Both the position numbers and the translations under genes were made by a program. Shown piece by piece: positions 19,693-30,278 of a stretch of 64,000 nt of DNA (position 1 is the first letter of the stretch; the number at the start of each line of letters is the position of its first letter). This DNA is from Candidatus Micrarchaeota archaeon. Its GTDB lineage: Archaea; Micrarchaeota; Micrarchaeia; Anstonellales; Bilamarchaeaceae. The stretch is from NCBI GenBank assembly GCA_043821365.1, contig JBDRCX010000006.1, positions 448,001 through 512,000 on the forward strand, written 5' to 3'. A model generated the notes under the pieces. The model did not search any database and was not told the DNA's origin. It saw only the letters and a program-made list of their open reading frames with translations.

Positions 19693-21840
19693 TCACCTAT
19701 ACATTGTTGTTGCAGAAGTTTTGAATTTCTGAACACTTTCAATATCTTCCTTCTTTATACTTGGGAATATTGTTTTGAATGAATGCTCAAAATGCCTTGC
19801 TGCCACTTTCTTTGTTCCTTCACGGATGGCCACCATCCCCGCTTCTCTTGTAAGATTCTCCACATCTGCTCCCGTATATCCATCAGTAAGCTTTGCAAGA
19901 TCTTTAAGACTAACGTCCTTATCTAATGGCATCTTTGCTGTACAAATCTTAAATATTTCCAATCTTGCTGGTTCGTCGGGTGGAACAATTTCAACTAATC
20001 TGTCAAATCTTCCAGCCCTTAATAATGCAGGATCAAGCATATCTGGTCTATTTGTTGCTGCAATAACAACAACATTTTTCAGACTTCTCAATCCATCCAT
20101 TTCAGTTAGGAGTGTGTCTACTATCCTTTCAGTTACCATCACTCCGGATTCTCCACTTCCTGTTCTTCTTACTGCAATTGCATCTATCTCATCAATAAAA
20201 AGAATACATGGTGCTGCCATTCTTGCTTTTTTGAAAATTTCCCTTACTGTTTTTTCTGATTCACCAACATACTTTGTCAATACTTGTGCGCCGCTTATTG
20301 AAATGAAATTAGCTTCACTTTCATTTGCAACTGCTTTTGCAAGCATTGTTTTTCCTGTTCCAGGAGGCCCCCATAAAAGTATCCCTTTTACTGGGCGTAT
20401 CCCCATCTTCTCAAAGACTTCTGGTTTTTTCAAAGGAAGTTCAACTGCTTCCTGTATCTCTCTCTTTATTTGAATTAATCCACCAATATCATTCCATTTT
20501 ATGTTTGGTTTTTCAACATAAACTTCTCTCAAGGCTGATGGTTGGATCTCATGCATTGCATTGAGAAAATCTTCTCTTGTTACAAGTAGGGTTTCAAGTA
20601 CCTCTGGGGATAATGTTTCATCCTCTATATTTATGAGTGGCAATACTCTCCTAAGTGCCTTAATGGCTGCCTCTTTCGTAAGTAGCGATAAATCCGCACC
20701 CGTATATCCATGAGTAACATTTGCTATTTCTTTTAATCTTACATTCTTATCAAGAGGCATTGTTCTTGTATGTATTGTTATGATCTCTCCTCTTCCAATT
20801 TTATCAGGTACACCTATCTCAATTTCTCTATCAAATCTTCCTGGCCTTCTTAATGCAGGATCAATGGAATCTGGCCTATTTGTTGCTGCAATAACTATGA
20901 CTTCTCCCCTTGCCTTTAACCCATCCATTATGGTAAGTAGTTGCGAAACCATTCTTTTTTCAACTTCACCAGTAACTTCTTCACGTTTGGGTGCAATTGC
21001 ATCTATCTCATCAATGAAAATAATTGATGGTGAACTTTCCTGGGCCTCTGCAAATAATTTTCTCAACCTTTCTTCGCTTTCTCCAACATATTTACTTATA
21101 ATCTCCGGTCCTCCAACATAAAAGAAATTAGCATCAGATTCATTTGTAACGGCCTTTGCCAAAAGTGTTTTTCCTGTTCCTGGAGCTCCATAAAGAAGAA
21201 TTCCTTTTGGCGGATCAATGCCAAGCCTTTCAAATAATTCAGGATGTCGAAGAGGAAGTTCAATCATCTCCCTTACTTTTTGTATGGTATCCTTCATACC
21301 ACCTACATCATCATAAGTTATATTTGGGACATTTTTCACTTCTTTCATTGGTTCTTTGTTTATTTTTACTTCTGTATCCTCACTCACCATAACTGGTCCC
21401 TGCGGAAATACCTGGGCCACTATAAGTGGTATTGAGGTGCCAAAGATACCAACTGGAAGTAAATTTCCTTTCAAAAGTGCTTTACCAATAAGTCTTTTTT
21501 TCACATATTGATCAAAGCCAACAGAATACCTTACTGGTTCCTGTGGTGCAAGGACAATTTTTTTTGCAACTTTTGTCTGGATGGTGTCTAATCTTACTTT
21601 TTCTCCAAGTCCAACTCCAACATTTTGGCGTAGGATACCATCCATTCTTATCATGTCTAATCCTTCATCATCTGGGTGGGCCTGCCAAACAATGGCTAAA
21701 GCTGATTTCTTCCCTGAAAGTTTTATTATGTCTCCTGTGGAAACACCCAACTCTTTCTTTGCTTTTGAATCAATTCTGGCTATGCCTCTACCAATATCAT
21801 TTTGAAAAGCTTCAGCTACTTTAAGCATAACTCCTGCCAT
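19693..21840 (-). CDS. cdc48: CDC48/VCP AAA+ ATPase
   Basis: N-domain plus two AAA modules ([30 protein letters not shown]). Confidence 0.98.
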   Translation of the reverse strand: MAGVMLKVAEAFQNDIGRGIARIDSKAKKELGVSTGDIIKLSGKKSALAIVWQAHPDDEGLDMIRMDGILRQNVGVGLGEKVRLDTIQTKVAKKIVLAPQEPVRYSVGFDQYVKKRLIGKALLKGNLLPVGIFGTSIPLIVAQVFPQGPVMVSEDTEVKINKEPMKEVKNVPNITYDDVGGMKDTIQKVREMIELPLRHPELFERLGIDPPKGILLYGAPGTGKTLLAKAVTNESDANFFYVGGPEIISKYVGESEERLRKLFAEAQESSPSIIFIDEIDAIAPKREEVTGEVEKRMVSQLLTIMDGLKARGEVIVIAATNRPDSIDPALRRPGRFDREIEIGVPDKIGRGEIITIHTRTMPLDKNVRLKEIANVTHGYTGADLSLLTKEAAIKALRRVLPLINIEDETLSPEVLETLLVTREDFLNAMHEIQPSALREVYVEKPNIKWNDIGGLIQIKREIQEAVELPLKKPEVFEKMGIRPVKGILLWGPPGTGKTMLAKAVANESEANFISISGAQVLTKYVGESEKTVREIFKKARMAAPCILFIDEIDAIAVRRTGSGESGVMVTERIVDTLLTEMDGLRSLKNVVVIAATNRPDMLDPALLRAGRFDRLVEIVPPDEPARLEIFKICTAKMPLDKDVSLKDLAKLTDGYTGADVENLTREAGMVAIREGTKKVAARHFEHSFKTIFPSIKKEDIESVQKFKTSATTMYR

Positions 21841-21843
21841 ATT

Positions 21844-22797
21844 TTACACCCTGGTGATCTTTCCATCCACTTCTTTTATCGCAACTTTACTATTTAATAA
21901 CAATTCTTTTTTAAGGTCGATAATTGTTGAAAGGTCAATATCATCTGCAATTTCAACATTAAAAAATCTTAATGCATTTTCCCTATTGAGAATTTTCTCT
22001 TCTTCTCCTATTTTCACAACTAAATTGCCATCATCCTGTTTGATTTCTTTTATCTCACCAATTGTCATATTTTTTAATCTACGTAAAAGTATGCGTGTGC
22101 TCTCATCAATTCTAACATTTCCATTCATTATCATGGCATTTTCTATAATTATCTCATCCTTTGGCTCAATCTTTTTTGCCCTATCCATACCGCCAAAAAT
22201 CACACACCTTCTCTCTGTTTTGCCATCTGAAATGAAAAAAGAAAATCCATCTGTAGTCCTTCCGTCAGCTACGAATTTGTCATAACCTTCTATGCTGCTT
22301 ATCATACCTCTTAGATGTGCATATTCCCCTTCATCAAGTTCAGAAAGTTCAGAGAATTCTGCTTTATTCAGAATCTTGATTTTTCCACTATAACCAAAAT
22401 GTAATTCGCCATTTCTTTCATATACTCCAGTAACTTTAATCTCATCATTAACTCTGATCTCTTTTGACAGTTCAATATCATCATTCCATAGTATCAGTGG
22501 TTTTGTTGCTGTTTTGTCATCAACTTCAATTACTCTTGATTTCTTTCCAGATGAATATTCTGCAATTGGCCAAATTTTCTTTATTCTAGCATTGAAACCT
22601 ATTCTTTTCTCTCCTTTTGGTATATCTGCTAATTTGTAGAACTTTTCTTCGTTTTTTAGCAAACCATTCTCCTTTGCAATTAGCCTTACGGCCACTTCAC
22701 GAGTTAACAGTCCATGAAATGATTTTATCTTTTCTTCTATAAGCTCCTCAAGTTTTTGTTCAGTCATTGATTTGCGGAGCTCGTCTTCCAAATCCAT
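21844..22797 (-). CDS. RPA-like OB-fold ssDNA-binding protein
   Basis: LLTREVAVRLIA N-terminus, LILWNDD, tandem OB-like segments. Confidence 0.75.
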   Translation of the reverse strand: MDLEDELRKSMTEQKLEELIEEKIKSFHGLLTREVAVRLIAKENGLLKNEEKFYKLADIPKGEKRIGFNARIKKIWPIAEYSSGKKSRVIEVDDKTATKPLILWNDDIELSKEIRVNDEIKVTGVYERNGELHFGYSGKIKILNKAEFSELSELDEGEYAHLRGMISSIEGYDKFVADGRTTDGFSFFISDGKTERRCVIFGGMDRAKKIEPKDEIIIENAMIMNGNVRIDESTRILLRRLKNMTIGEIKEIKQDDGNLVVKIGEEEKILNRENALRFFNVEIADDIDLSTIIDLKKELLLNSKVAIKEVDGKITRV

Positions 22798-22849
22798 GAA
22801 AGGTATTCTCAAGTAAGCGATTTAAACCACATAGTTTCATAAGCTAATC

Positions 22850-23353
22850 ATGAAGAAAACAATCCATGTTCTGTTAACCGGAGGAACCATAGATTCATAT
22901 TTCAACCCGGCAAAAGATGGTACGGATATTGGTCGAAAAGCTTTTACGCCAGATTATTTAACTAAATTGAAGTTACATCTTAATTTCGAATACAAATATT
23001 TATTTCTCAAAGATAGTAGGGATATCCGTTACAAGGATAGGCAGGGACTTCTTAAGGCAGTACAAGATTCTCCACATGATTTGATACTCATAACCCATGG
23101 CACATTCACTATGCCAGATACTGGTCAATATCTTAAGGATAATCTCAAAGGAAGTAACAAAACCATCGTATTGACTGGTTCAATGATACCTCTAAAAGGA
23201 TTTGACTTTTCTGATGCAGCATTTAATCTTGGTTATGCAATTGCAAATCTTCAAATCCTTTCACCTGGTGTCTATATCTGTATGAATGGAAAAGTCTTTG
23301 ATCCAGAAAAAGTCGATAAAAATAAACTAAAGGCACGATTTGAGGAAATTTAA
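22850..23353 (+). CDS. Short asparaginase-domain protein
   Basis: TGGTI, ITHGTFTM, VLTGSMIP. Confidence 0.88.
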   Translation: MKKTIHVLLTGGTIDSYFNPAKDGTDIGRKAFTPDYLTKLKLHLNFEYKYLFLKDSRDIRYKDRQGLLKAVQDSPHDLILITHGTFTMPDTGQYLKDNLKGSNKTIVLTGSMIPLKGFDFSDAAFNLGYAIANLQILSPGVYICMNGKVFDPEKVDKNKLKARFEEI

Positions 23354-24349
23354 ATGCACAGAATGACTAATTTTGAGTATTCATTTTTGGTTGATGAACT
23401 CTCCATACTTACTGGCAAGCATTTTGATAGAATAAGGAAATTAGACGATGGTATCTACAGAATTAAGATCTCAAATCACGAAATTCTATGCGAATTAGGT
23501 ACAAGAATTCATTTTACAAATTATATTGAAAAATCAGAACAAACAGACAAATTCACCGAGAAAGTTGCAAAAGAACTTGACAATGCAAAACTCAAAGAAA
23601 TAAAACAAATAAACAAGGACCGCATTGTTATGTTTGATTTTGACAAGGGCCAGCTTATTTTCGAAATGTTTGGCGAAGGAAATGCCATTCTTGTTAACAA
23701 TAACATAACAGTAACTGCAGTTAGATATGAATCATGGTCAGGTCGTGAAATAAAACCTGGATTGCCATATCTCCCACCAAAAAATATCCCTTCTGAAAAA
23801 CTTGAATTATCCGAAAGATATGTTATTGTATCACTGATGAAACTCCCAATGGGAAAAGACTATGTTATTGAAGCTTTAACAAGAGCAAAAATCAATGAGA
23901 AAACAAGCGGTATTTCTTTGACTACAAATGAAAAAACCAATCTTGAAAAAGAACTGAAAAAAATCTATGCAGAAACATCTCCAATTGTTTTCTATGATGA
24001 TGAAAAAGTAGTTGATTTTGGTTTAATCAATCTTTCCAAATACCAAACTTCTTCTAATAAAAAATTCAAGACATTAAGTGAAGCGGCAGATGAATATTAT
24101 TCAAAAGTTGAAAAATCAAATCCAAAACTCGAAAAACTTATTTCAAGACTTGAAAAACAACAAGAACGTCTCGAAGACCTAATCCAAGAAGAAAAGAATT
24201 TCAAGGAAAACGGGGATCTTGTTTATGCTAAATATCAGAGTATTGAAACTTTGATAAATCTAGCTAAAGAAGGAAAATTCGAAGAATTAGAGATAAGATA
24301 TAAAGCTAAAATAGATAAAAAAGAGAAAAGTTTGGAAGTTGATCTTTAA
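23354..24349 (+). CDS. NFACT/Rqc2-family protein, N-terminal part only
   Basis: IKQINKDRIV, LIFEMFGEGNAILV, YLPP, FKTLSEAADEYY. Confidence 0.85.
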   Translation: MHRMTNFEYSFLVDELSILTGKHFDRIRKLDDGIYRIKISNHEILCELGTRIHFTNYIEKSEQTDKFTEKVAKELDNAKLKEIKQINKDRIVMFDFDKGQLIFEMFGEGNAILVNNNITVTAVRYESWSGREIKPGLPYLPPKNIPSEKLELSERYVIVSLMKLPMGKDYVIEALTRAKINEKTSGISLTTNEKTNLEKELKKIYAETSPIVFYDDEKVVDFGLINLSKYQTSSNKKFKTLSEAADEYYSKVEKSNPKLEKLISRLEKQQERLEDLIQEEKNFKENGDLVYAKYQSIETLINLAKEGKFEELEIRYKAKIDKKEKSLEVDL

Positions 24350-24759
24350 TATTCCGATTCATTTGTAATCAGATAATCCTTCAAAATAGCTACGGCTCTT
24401 TTATGCTTATCAACTGTAAGTGCAACTATTAAGTGGACATTGTCTTTTGTAAGTACGGTGCTTGTCTTTACTCCAACTCCTTCTTTTGTTAAATTATCTG
24501 TGAATTTTTTTAGTTCACCTGGTTTTTCACTGATCTTTATCACTATTGCTTCTGGATCTTCTACCTTGTATCCAGCTGCCTCTATCACTTGCTTTCCTCT
24601 TGCAACATCATTAAGTCCGATTGTAATTACTGCTTTTGCTGAGATTACATCAACATTTATTGCTTCTATATTGATTTTTGATTTTGCTAATACATATGAA
24701 ATGTCGGCCAGAAGTCCAACTTTATCATCCGCAACTATTGTAACACTTTTCACGTCCAC
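24346..24759 (-). CDS. Tandem ACT domain protein
   Basis: DDKVGLLADISYVLAKSKINIEAI and EKPGEL. Confidence 0.85.
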   Translation of the reverse strand: MDVKSVTIVADDKVGLLADISYVLAKSKINIEAINVDVISAKAVITIGLNDVARGKQVIEAAGYKVEDPEAIVIKISEKPGELKKFTDNLTKEGVGVKTSTVLTKDNVHLIVALTVDKHKRAVAILKDYLITNESEY

Positions 24760-24763
24760 ACCT

Positions 24764-25069
24764 CTAGATCTTATAAATTTGAATATATGGTATATTGTTT
24801 ATATACATAACGTCTTTTTTGTTTACTAATTTCATCGCAACTGCAACTTCAACTGCTTTTTTCCCAACTAAATTTACTGAGGTAAAAGTTAGTAATTCTG
24901 ATCTCAGTTGCTCTTCTTTTACTCTTTCTCCAACATAAAATCCACGATACTTATCAAGATCCATATGAGTATTCTCATCTTCTAAAACTCTACCAATAAT
25001 ATCTGAATCGCATGCTGCAACTATCTTACCTTGATTATTTTTGTGGATTTTTAAGTAAAGACTCATCAA
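24764..25069 (-). CDS. DUF424 family protein
   Basis: IVAACDSDIIG, FYVGE, VNLVGKKAV. Confidence 0.88.
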   Translation of the reverse strand: MMSLYLKIHKNNQGKIVAACDSDIIGRVLEDENTHMDLDKYRGFYVGERVKEEQLRSELLTFTSVNLVGKKAVEVAVAMKLVNKKDVMYINNIPYIQIYKI

Positions 25070-25111
25070 GCAGATTACTCACTACTGATTTTAATTTCTA
25101 TCTAACAGAAA

Positions 25112-25738
25112 TTATTTCTTCGTTGAAATACTCAGTAATATTGCGAACATTCCACTTCCGGCTAATACAAAAAAGAAATTTGCTATTTTCAACTTAAAGA
25201 AACTCTCATCAACTATTCTTCTTGTTTCTGATAGGCTTCCGCGTTGTGAAACTACTTGGTTGTATAATCTATTCACACTCGATTTTAGTTTTTCAATCTC
25301 TCCAGTTTGTTCTTCCATCTCACTTACCCCTTCTTCCATCTCAACCATTGCTTCACGGATCAAATCAATTGATTGTCTCATATTCCCCATCTGCAATTGT
25401 ATAACTTGTCCAAATATCCCCATCTTGCTAATGGCATTTGTAACTCCCTCTGTTCCATTTGCAGCTAATCCTGCTGCATGTCCTACTTTTTCAAAAGCAT
25501 CCTTGAATTTATAGAAAGTGGCATTCGCACTATCTATTTCGTTATTTACAATAAGCAATGAAGCTTCTGCTTCTTGAAGATCGCCATCAAGATCATCAAT
25601 GTTCATCAATATTGCTGTTTTAGTTTGGTCTATGCTATCATTTACTAAAAACCCTGCAAGTAGGATCAGTATTATTCCTGCCTGCACAATTTTGAGCGTG
25701 TTCTTTTTTATCTCACTTAAATAGTCCATTTTCAGCAT
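25112..25738 (-). CDS. Hypothetical membrane-anchored coiled-coil protein
   Basis: TM segments at both ends with heptad repeats between. Confidence 0.65.
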   Translation of the reverse strand: MLKMDYLSEIKKNTLKIVQAGIILILLAGFLVNDSIDQTKTAILMNIDDLDGDLQEAEASLLIVNNEIDSANATFYKFKDAFEKVGHAAGLAANGTEGVTNAISKMGIFGQVIQLQMGNMRQSIDLIREAMVEMEEGVSEMEEQTGEIEKLKSSVNRLYNQVVSQRGSLSETRRIVDESFFKLKIANFFFVLAGSGMFAILLSISTKK

Positions 25739-25810
25739 TCTCCATCTTAATTAAAAAACATGTGCCATGTTTTGTAATTTTTCTTATGCGACTAGAATTT
25801 AAAATGTTGA

Positions 25811-26335
25811 GTGATAACTTATTTGGTTATGAAACAGGCAGCATACCAAAGACAATTGGTGCTATATTTACAAAACAACTGTAATGGCCAGGCATATGAC
25901 TTTGCTAAACAATATGTAACTGAATTTCCTGATGATATGGTGGCTCATTTTTTACTTGCTAAATCTGCTATTGCTTCAGGTAATTTTACTGAAGCAACTC
26001 TTGCTGCTAGAAAAGCATTCAATCTTTCAAAAAATGAAGCAGATATGATAATGTGTGTGATCCATGCATGTGTAGCTTATTATAAACTTGGAGAATATGA
26101 AAAAGGTTTTGAACTTCTTAAGGCAACAGAACGCATAAGAGTATGTGAAGAAACAGAGCAATTATTTTTCCTTTTCAGTCTTTTAGTGAATAATGATAGA
26201 GAAGCTGAAAAACATTTCACAGTTATGTTTAATTTGAATGAACCTGCTGCTAAAGAATTCCTAACGACAATAGCAGAAGGAGAAGACCTTGATTTTGAAA
26301 GAATAATGAAAAATATTGATAGGATAACCTACTGA
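25811..26335 (+). CDS. TPR-like protein
   Basis: YPDD-like turn, AHFLLAKSA, AYYKLGEYEKG. Confidence 0.65.
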   Translation: MITYLVMKQAAYQRQLVLYLQNNCNGQAYDFAKQYVTEFPDDMVAHFLLAKSAIASGNFTEATLAARKAFNLSKNEADMIMCVIHACVAYYKLGEYEKGFELLKATERIRVCEETEQLFFLFSLLVNNDREAEKHFTVMFNLNEPAAKEFLTTIAEGEDLDFERIMKNIDRITY

Positions 26336-26605
26336 TTATTTTTTTTGTTGTTTTGCGGGAGCTGCTTTTCCTCCCCTTGATGTAGCTGATCCCCCTCTTC
26401 TTGATAGTCCTCGTTTTGAAAGGAATGCAGCTACTTTAGAACGTGCATCTCCTGGATTTTTAGAATTAGCAAGAATGCTTTTTATCTCTGGTCTCCCCAT
26501 CATTTGATCTACAGACATGCCTCTTGGAACAAGGGCGGATGATATTTCTTCTCTTACTGCTTCTCTTGTTGCATCTCCTTTTCGCATTTCTTTTTCAGGA
26601 CACAT
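26336..26605 (-). CDS. Small basic hypothetical protein
   Basis: 89-aa ORF with a Gly/Arg/Lys-rich tail; converges on the TPR gene. Confidence 0.5.
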   Translation of the reverse strand: MCPEKEMRKGDATREAVREEISSALVPRGMSVDQMMGRPEIKSILANSKNPGDARSKVAAFLSKRGLSRRGGSATSRGGKAAPAKQQKK

Positions 26606-26739
26606 AAAGAACTATCATCTTCTGGATATTAATATTTAACGAAAATGCAGGGGAACTGAACTTTGTTTAATGCTCCTTCAATTTATAACAAGTTTTTTGG
26701 TTCTTTTTTTCTAAAAAAGAACAATTGCAGGAGGAAGGA

Positions 26740-27100
26740 AATTCATCCGCTTAGCGACCCAGTTTTGGGCCGCTACAAAAACCGAGTGGTTTTTGTGGCA
26801 GTAAAAACGGTCGATCGTTTTTACACGCCTTTTACTCAAAGGCGGACTGTGTCCCTTCGAAGGCGCTGAGCGAACAGATCTCCCAGATTACAATCAATAT
26901 GAGAGCTATCGTGATCGTTTCAGCCATAACCAAATAGTTTTGGTCCACCTTTTTCCAAAAGGTGGGGCCTCTTGAGTCTGTCACGTTTGACCGCTTCGCT
27001 ACTCCTGCATGAGTATGTAATATCTTCCTGAAGAAATGCCTCAGGATTAGGATGGCGAATATTGAACTTGTTCAATAACTTCGCTACTCCTGCATGAACA
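26740..27100. repeat. Dense array of hairpins with a 19-nt direct repeat
   Basis: Stems gctacaaaaacc/ggtttttgtggc, gtaaaaacg/cgtttttac, cgccttt/aaaggcg, ccacctttt/aaaaggtgg, tattgaac/gttcaata. The repeat cttcgctactcctgcatga occurs at 26994-27012 and 27079-27097. Confidence 0.75.
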
Positions 27101-27128
27101 CAATAGTGATAGGAGAAGAAAATAAAAA

Positions 27129-27416
27129 TTAATACTCTACTTTGACAGTTCCTTTTTTGATCTTACAAACACATAAAAGTCTGTCTTCTGGATCTGTTCC
27201 AAAAGTTTCCAAACCTGCTTTCTCTACGTCATTTGGTTCTTCTAAATTCTCTTTTCCTTCAACTACTTTGCATTTACAAGATCCACAGCTCCCACTTTTA
27301 CATGCAAAAAGAATCGATGTTTTTCCGTCTAATTCTGAGAGTACACTCCCGTCTGGAACTTCAACAGTTTGATCATCATTTTTTACTTCAACTTTAGCCA
27401 TAATATCACAACTCAT
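27129..27416 (-). CDS. 2Fe-2S ferredoxin
   Basis: CKSGSCGSC...RLLCVC. Confidence 0.92.
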   Translation of the reverse strand: MSCDIMAKVEVKNDDQTVEVPDGSVLSELDGKTSILFACKSGSCGSCKCKVVEGKENLEEPNDVEKAGLETFGTDPEDRLLCVCKIKKGTVKVEY

Positions 27417-27671
27417 ATTTTCTCTTTAATATACAAACGTCACAAACTTCGTTTTCCTATAATATCGTTCGGCACATGTTTAACTTGTGCTCACGAGTCA
27501 TATTATTGTTCTTCAGAAAGATTTAATAATATCAGTTTAATTTTTCTACAATTTCGTCGAAAATCGTATTTATTTCTTTGCAAATGAAAGGAAACTACGT
27601 TGTCCTTGAACGTCAAAACGTTCAAGACAGTCAAGAAACAATGTTTCTTGCCATTCCTTTCCAACCTTCCG

Positions 27672-28253
27672 TTATTTCCTTGCAAATACAAGGTATGCAG
27701 TGTGCATCAAACCAAAGTGCTTTGGTCTAAATCCAAAATCTCGTGCTTCATATTCCCTAACAATTGACTCTATGGTAAAAACTTCACTGAAAACTTTTTC
27801 AGCAGTGAGATGAAGTGTTTTTGCTTGTTCTGATTGCAAACAATGTGCTGCAAGGTAACCATTTTTTCTCAATGCTTTGTGAACCATGTCAACTGCTTTT
27901 TCTGCATCTGGTATGTCACAGAATACAAGGTCAAAACTCTCATCCTTTTCATCTATGCCAGAAAGTATATCTCTGAATTTGAAAGTCACGTTTGTTAATC
28001 CTGCACGTTCAACATTGGCTTCTGCAATTTTGAAAAATTCCTCTCTCTTCTCATAGCTTATTACTTCCTTTGCTATATTTGCCATCTGCACTGTCATAAA
28101 TCCAGTACCAGATCCAAGTTCAATTACTTTCGAATCTTTTCCAAGTCCAGTGTAAGAAATAATCAACCCAGAATCCTTTGGTATTGTGACTGCTGGTCCT
28201 CCTCGTTTTAGTTTTTTCAGTAATGGTGGAAAATGAAAATTTGGTTTGTCCAT
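27672..28253 (-). CDS. trmI: tRNA m1A58 methyltransferase TrmI (short form)
   Basis: PAVTIPKDSG, ELGSGTG, DIPDA, HTAYL. Confidence 0.88.
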   Translation of the reverse strand: MDKPNFHFPPLLKKLKRGGPAVTIPKDSGLIISYTGLGKDSKVIELGSGTGFMTVQMANIAKEVISYEKREEFFKIAEANVERAGLTNVTFKFRDILSGIDEKDESFDLVFCDIPDAEKAVDMVHKALRKNGYLAAHCLQSEQAKTLHLTAEKVFSEVFTIESIVREYEARDFGFRPKHFGLMHTAYLVFARK

Positions 28254-28416
28254 TCAAAACCCTCCACGCCGCTCTTCGTGGGGTTCGTTATGGACGGCGT
28301 TCCGTCCATGATGTGCTCGTGAACGTTGCGTTCGCGACATTGGATCCCCATCATATGCGCTAATTCTTGGTTATAAATACTAACCTATTTAATACGCTTC
28401 AGATTATTTTCATTTG

Positions 28417-28746
28417 ATGGTAAAATCAGATGCATTAAGAAAACGGTACATTCTTTTCGAATTGAAAGGAGTAGTTCTTGATAACGACCAACTAAAAAAA
28501 GCCATTCAATTAGAGGCATTGAAGTTTTTCGGAGAATTTGGAATGTCCTATGCAGCATTAAAATTAGTTCAATTTGATACAACCACTAAACTTGGTATTC
28601 TCAGATGTGAACGTAGTTATTTGGAAAAAGTTCTTGGATTTTTAGCACTTGTTAATTCCTTAAATGGAAAAGAAGCAAGGTTGATTTCAAGAAAATCAAG
28701 TGGAACTATCAAATCCTTAGGCCAGAGAAGACTCAATCCAGCGTAA
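28417..28746 (+). CDS. rnp2: RNase P protein Pop5/Rpp14
   Basis: RKRYILFE, LKFFGEFG, GILRCER, SGTIK. Confidence 0.9.
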   Translation: MVKSDALRKRYILFELKGVVLDNDQLKKAIQLEALKFFGEFGMSYAALKLVQFDTTTKLGILRCERSYLEKVLGFLALVNSLNGKEARLISRKSSGTIKSLGQRRLNPA

Positions 28747-29019
28747 ATAAGCAGGTAATCCCCCACTAACATTTAGTTTGATAATTTCAGGCATTTCGTA
28801 TGGGTGATTCTTCTTGATGAATTTTTCTAATTTTTTGTAATTTTTATTTGCAGTTTTTATAACGAGTAGAAATTCCTTTCCTTCGCATAATTTGCCTTTC
28901 CATTCGTAGTGAGATGATTCTATTTTGATTATATTAATACATCTTGCAAGTTTCTCTTTGATAATTTTTTTGGCTATTGTCTGCGCATTTTTTGGGTAGG
29001 TTGTAAGAACAACAATCAT
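28717..29019 (-). CDS. cutA: CutA divalent-cation tolerance protein
   Basis: LARCINI, YEWKG, HPYEMPEI. Confidence 0.93.
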   Translation of the reverse strand: MIVVLTTYPKNAQTIAKKIIKEKLARCINIIKIESSHYEWKGKLCEGKEFLLVIKTANKNYKKLEKFIKKNHPYEMPEIIKLNVSGGLPAYLRWIESSLA

Positions 29020-29068
29020 ATCTTCACATCTTGAAAAACGAAGTTTTTTGAATATCGTGATCTACAGA

Positions 29069-30265
29069 TCACGGCTTTTTGAAAACAATTTCTATAACAT
29101 CCCGATGTTTCAGGGCATGTTCTTTCCCAACTGCCTGTTTTGTTTTGTAATCTATTGCCTTGATAAATCCATTTCCAATGTCTGAATGTAATTTGAATGC
29201 AAATTCAATTGCAGTTGTGCTTTTTGGCATAAGAAAACAATCTGGCAAAGTTCTTCCTTGATTGTCAACTAGATTTCCTCCACCGGGGAAAATTGCAATA
29301 TACTGTAAAAAGTCAAAAACTGCAGCATTAAGGCATTTTTGTATTCCTGTGCCTTCATACTTGTCACAAACAAGCTTCATTATGTCCATTGCTTTTTTCT
29401 GATCTTGATTCAACTCTGCTTTGACTGTAAATGTTTTGTCTCCAGGTATATAATCAATAAATTTAGCCTTTGCCGCTCCCTTTAATGTTATTTCTGCTTC
29501 GGCAGAGCATGGAATTACAAGATATTCTGGAAATGTTTTTTTGAGTTTTTCATAATTTTCAAAACCAGCTGAAAGATCACATTTATTTGCTGCAATTATT
29601 ATTGGTTTTCCAATCTGCCTTATTTTTTTACACACCGCAAATCTTTCTTCTTCATCCCAGTCTGCAAGGCTTTTCTCCTCTAATTTCAGTTCCTTCAATA
29701 CCTTGACAATAATATCCTTTGTCATCCCCAATCCACTAAATTGGGTTGTTAGCATCTCTTCATTTTTTTTATTTAATTTTGCCTCACGAGTAAGTTTAGT
29801 CCAATTGTTATCCAATATCCCCTTTATCCAATAGTCTAATTCTTGTTCTAAAAATCTAACATCATTGCAAGGATCATAACTTCCAATTTGAACTCGTTCG
29901 CCCATTTCATTTGTTGACCCACTTGCATCTACAATATGGATAAGTATATCTGCCTGCCTCAGATCATCCAAAAATTTATTACCAAGTCCTTTTCCCTCAT
30001 GCGCACCTGGGACTAAACCAGCAACATCCAAAAGTTCCACTGGTGCAAATCTTCTTGAATTGATGCAAAACCCTGTTCGTGGATTGCATTGTTTCCCGAA
30101 TTCCTTGTCTACACATTCAACTTCAACGTAGGCAACTGCTCGGTTTGGTTTTATTGTTGTGAATGGCCTTGACGAACGTTCTACTGGCACAGAAGTTGCT
30201 GCCATAAAAAAGGTTGATTTTCCTGTCGAAGGTTTTCCAACTATGCCTATTAACATATTGATCAC
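29069..30265 (-). CDS. ychF: YchF/Ola1-type ATPase with TGS domain
   Basis: GKPSTGKST, PFTTIKPN, DVAGLVPGAHEGKGLGNKFLDDLR, HSDIG. Confidence 0.95.
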   Translation of the reverse strand: MINMLIGIVGKPSTGKSTFFMAATSVPVERSSRPFTTIKPNRAVAYVEVECVDKEFGKQCNPRTGFCINSRRFAPVELLDVAGLVPGAHEGKGLGNKFLDDLRQADILIHIVDASGSTNEMGERVQIGSYDPCNDVRFLEQELDYWIKGILDNNWTKLTREAKLNKKNEEMLTTQFSGLGMTKDIIVKVLKELKLEEKSLADWDEEERFAVCKKIRQIGKPIIIAANKCDLSAGFENYEKLKKTFPEYLVIPCSAEAEITLKGAAKAKFIDYIPGDKTFTVKAELNQDQKKAMDIMKLVCDKYEGTGIQKCLNAAVFDFLQYIAIFPGGGNLVDNQGRTLPDCFLMPKSTTAIEFAFKLHSDIGNGFIKAIDYKTKQAVGKEHALKHRDVIEIVFKKP

Positions 30266-30278
30266 AAATTAGCCAAAA

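Noticed and set aside
19775-21805. Long + strand ORFs opposite CDC48, and similar ones opposite ftsY, RPA and uppP
   Set aside because: Antisense shadow ORFs of conserved genes with no motifs.
26740-27100. Possible CRISPR array
   Set aside because: Only two copies of a 19-nt repeat, no regular spacers, and no cas genes in the window.
27503-27691. 62-aa ORF downstream of trmI
   Set aside because: It overlaps the trmI end, lies in hairpin-rich sequence, and has no protein-like motif; it is more likely non-coding.
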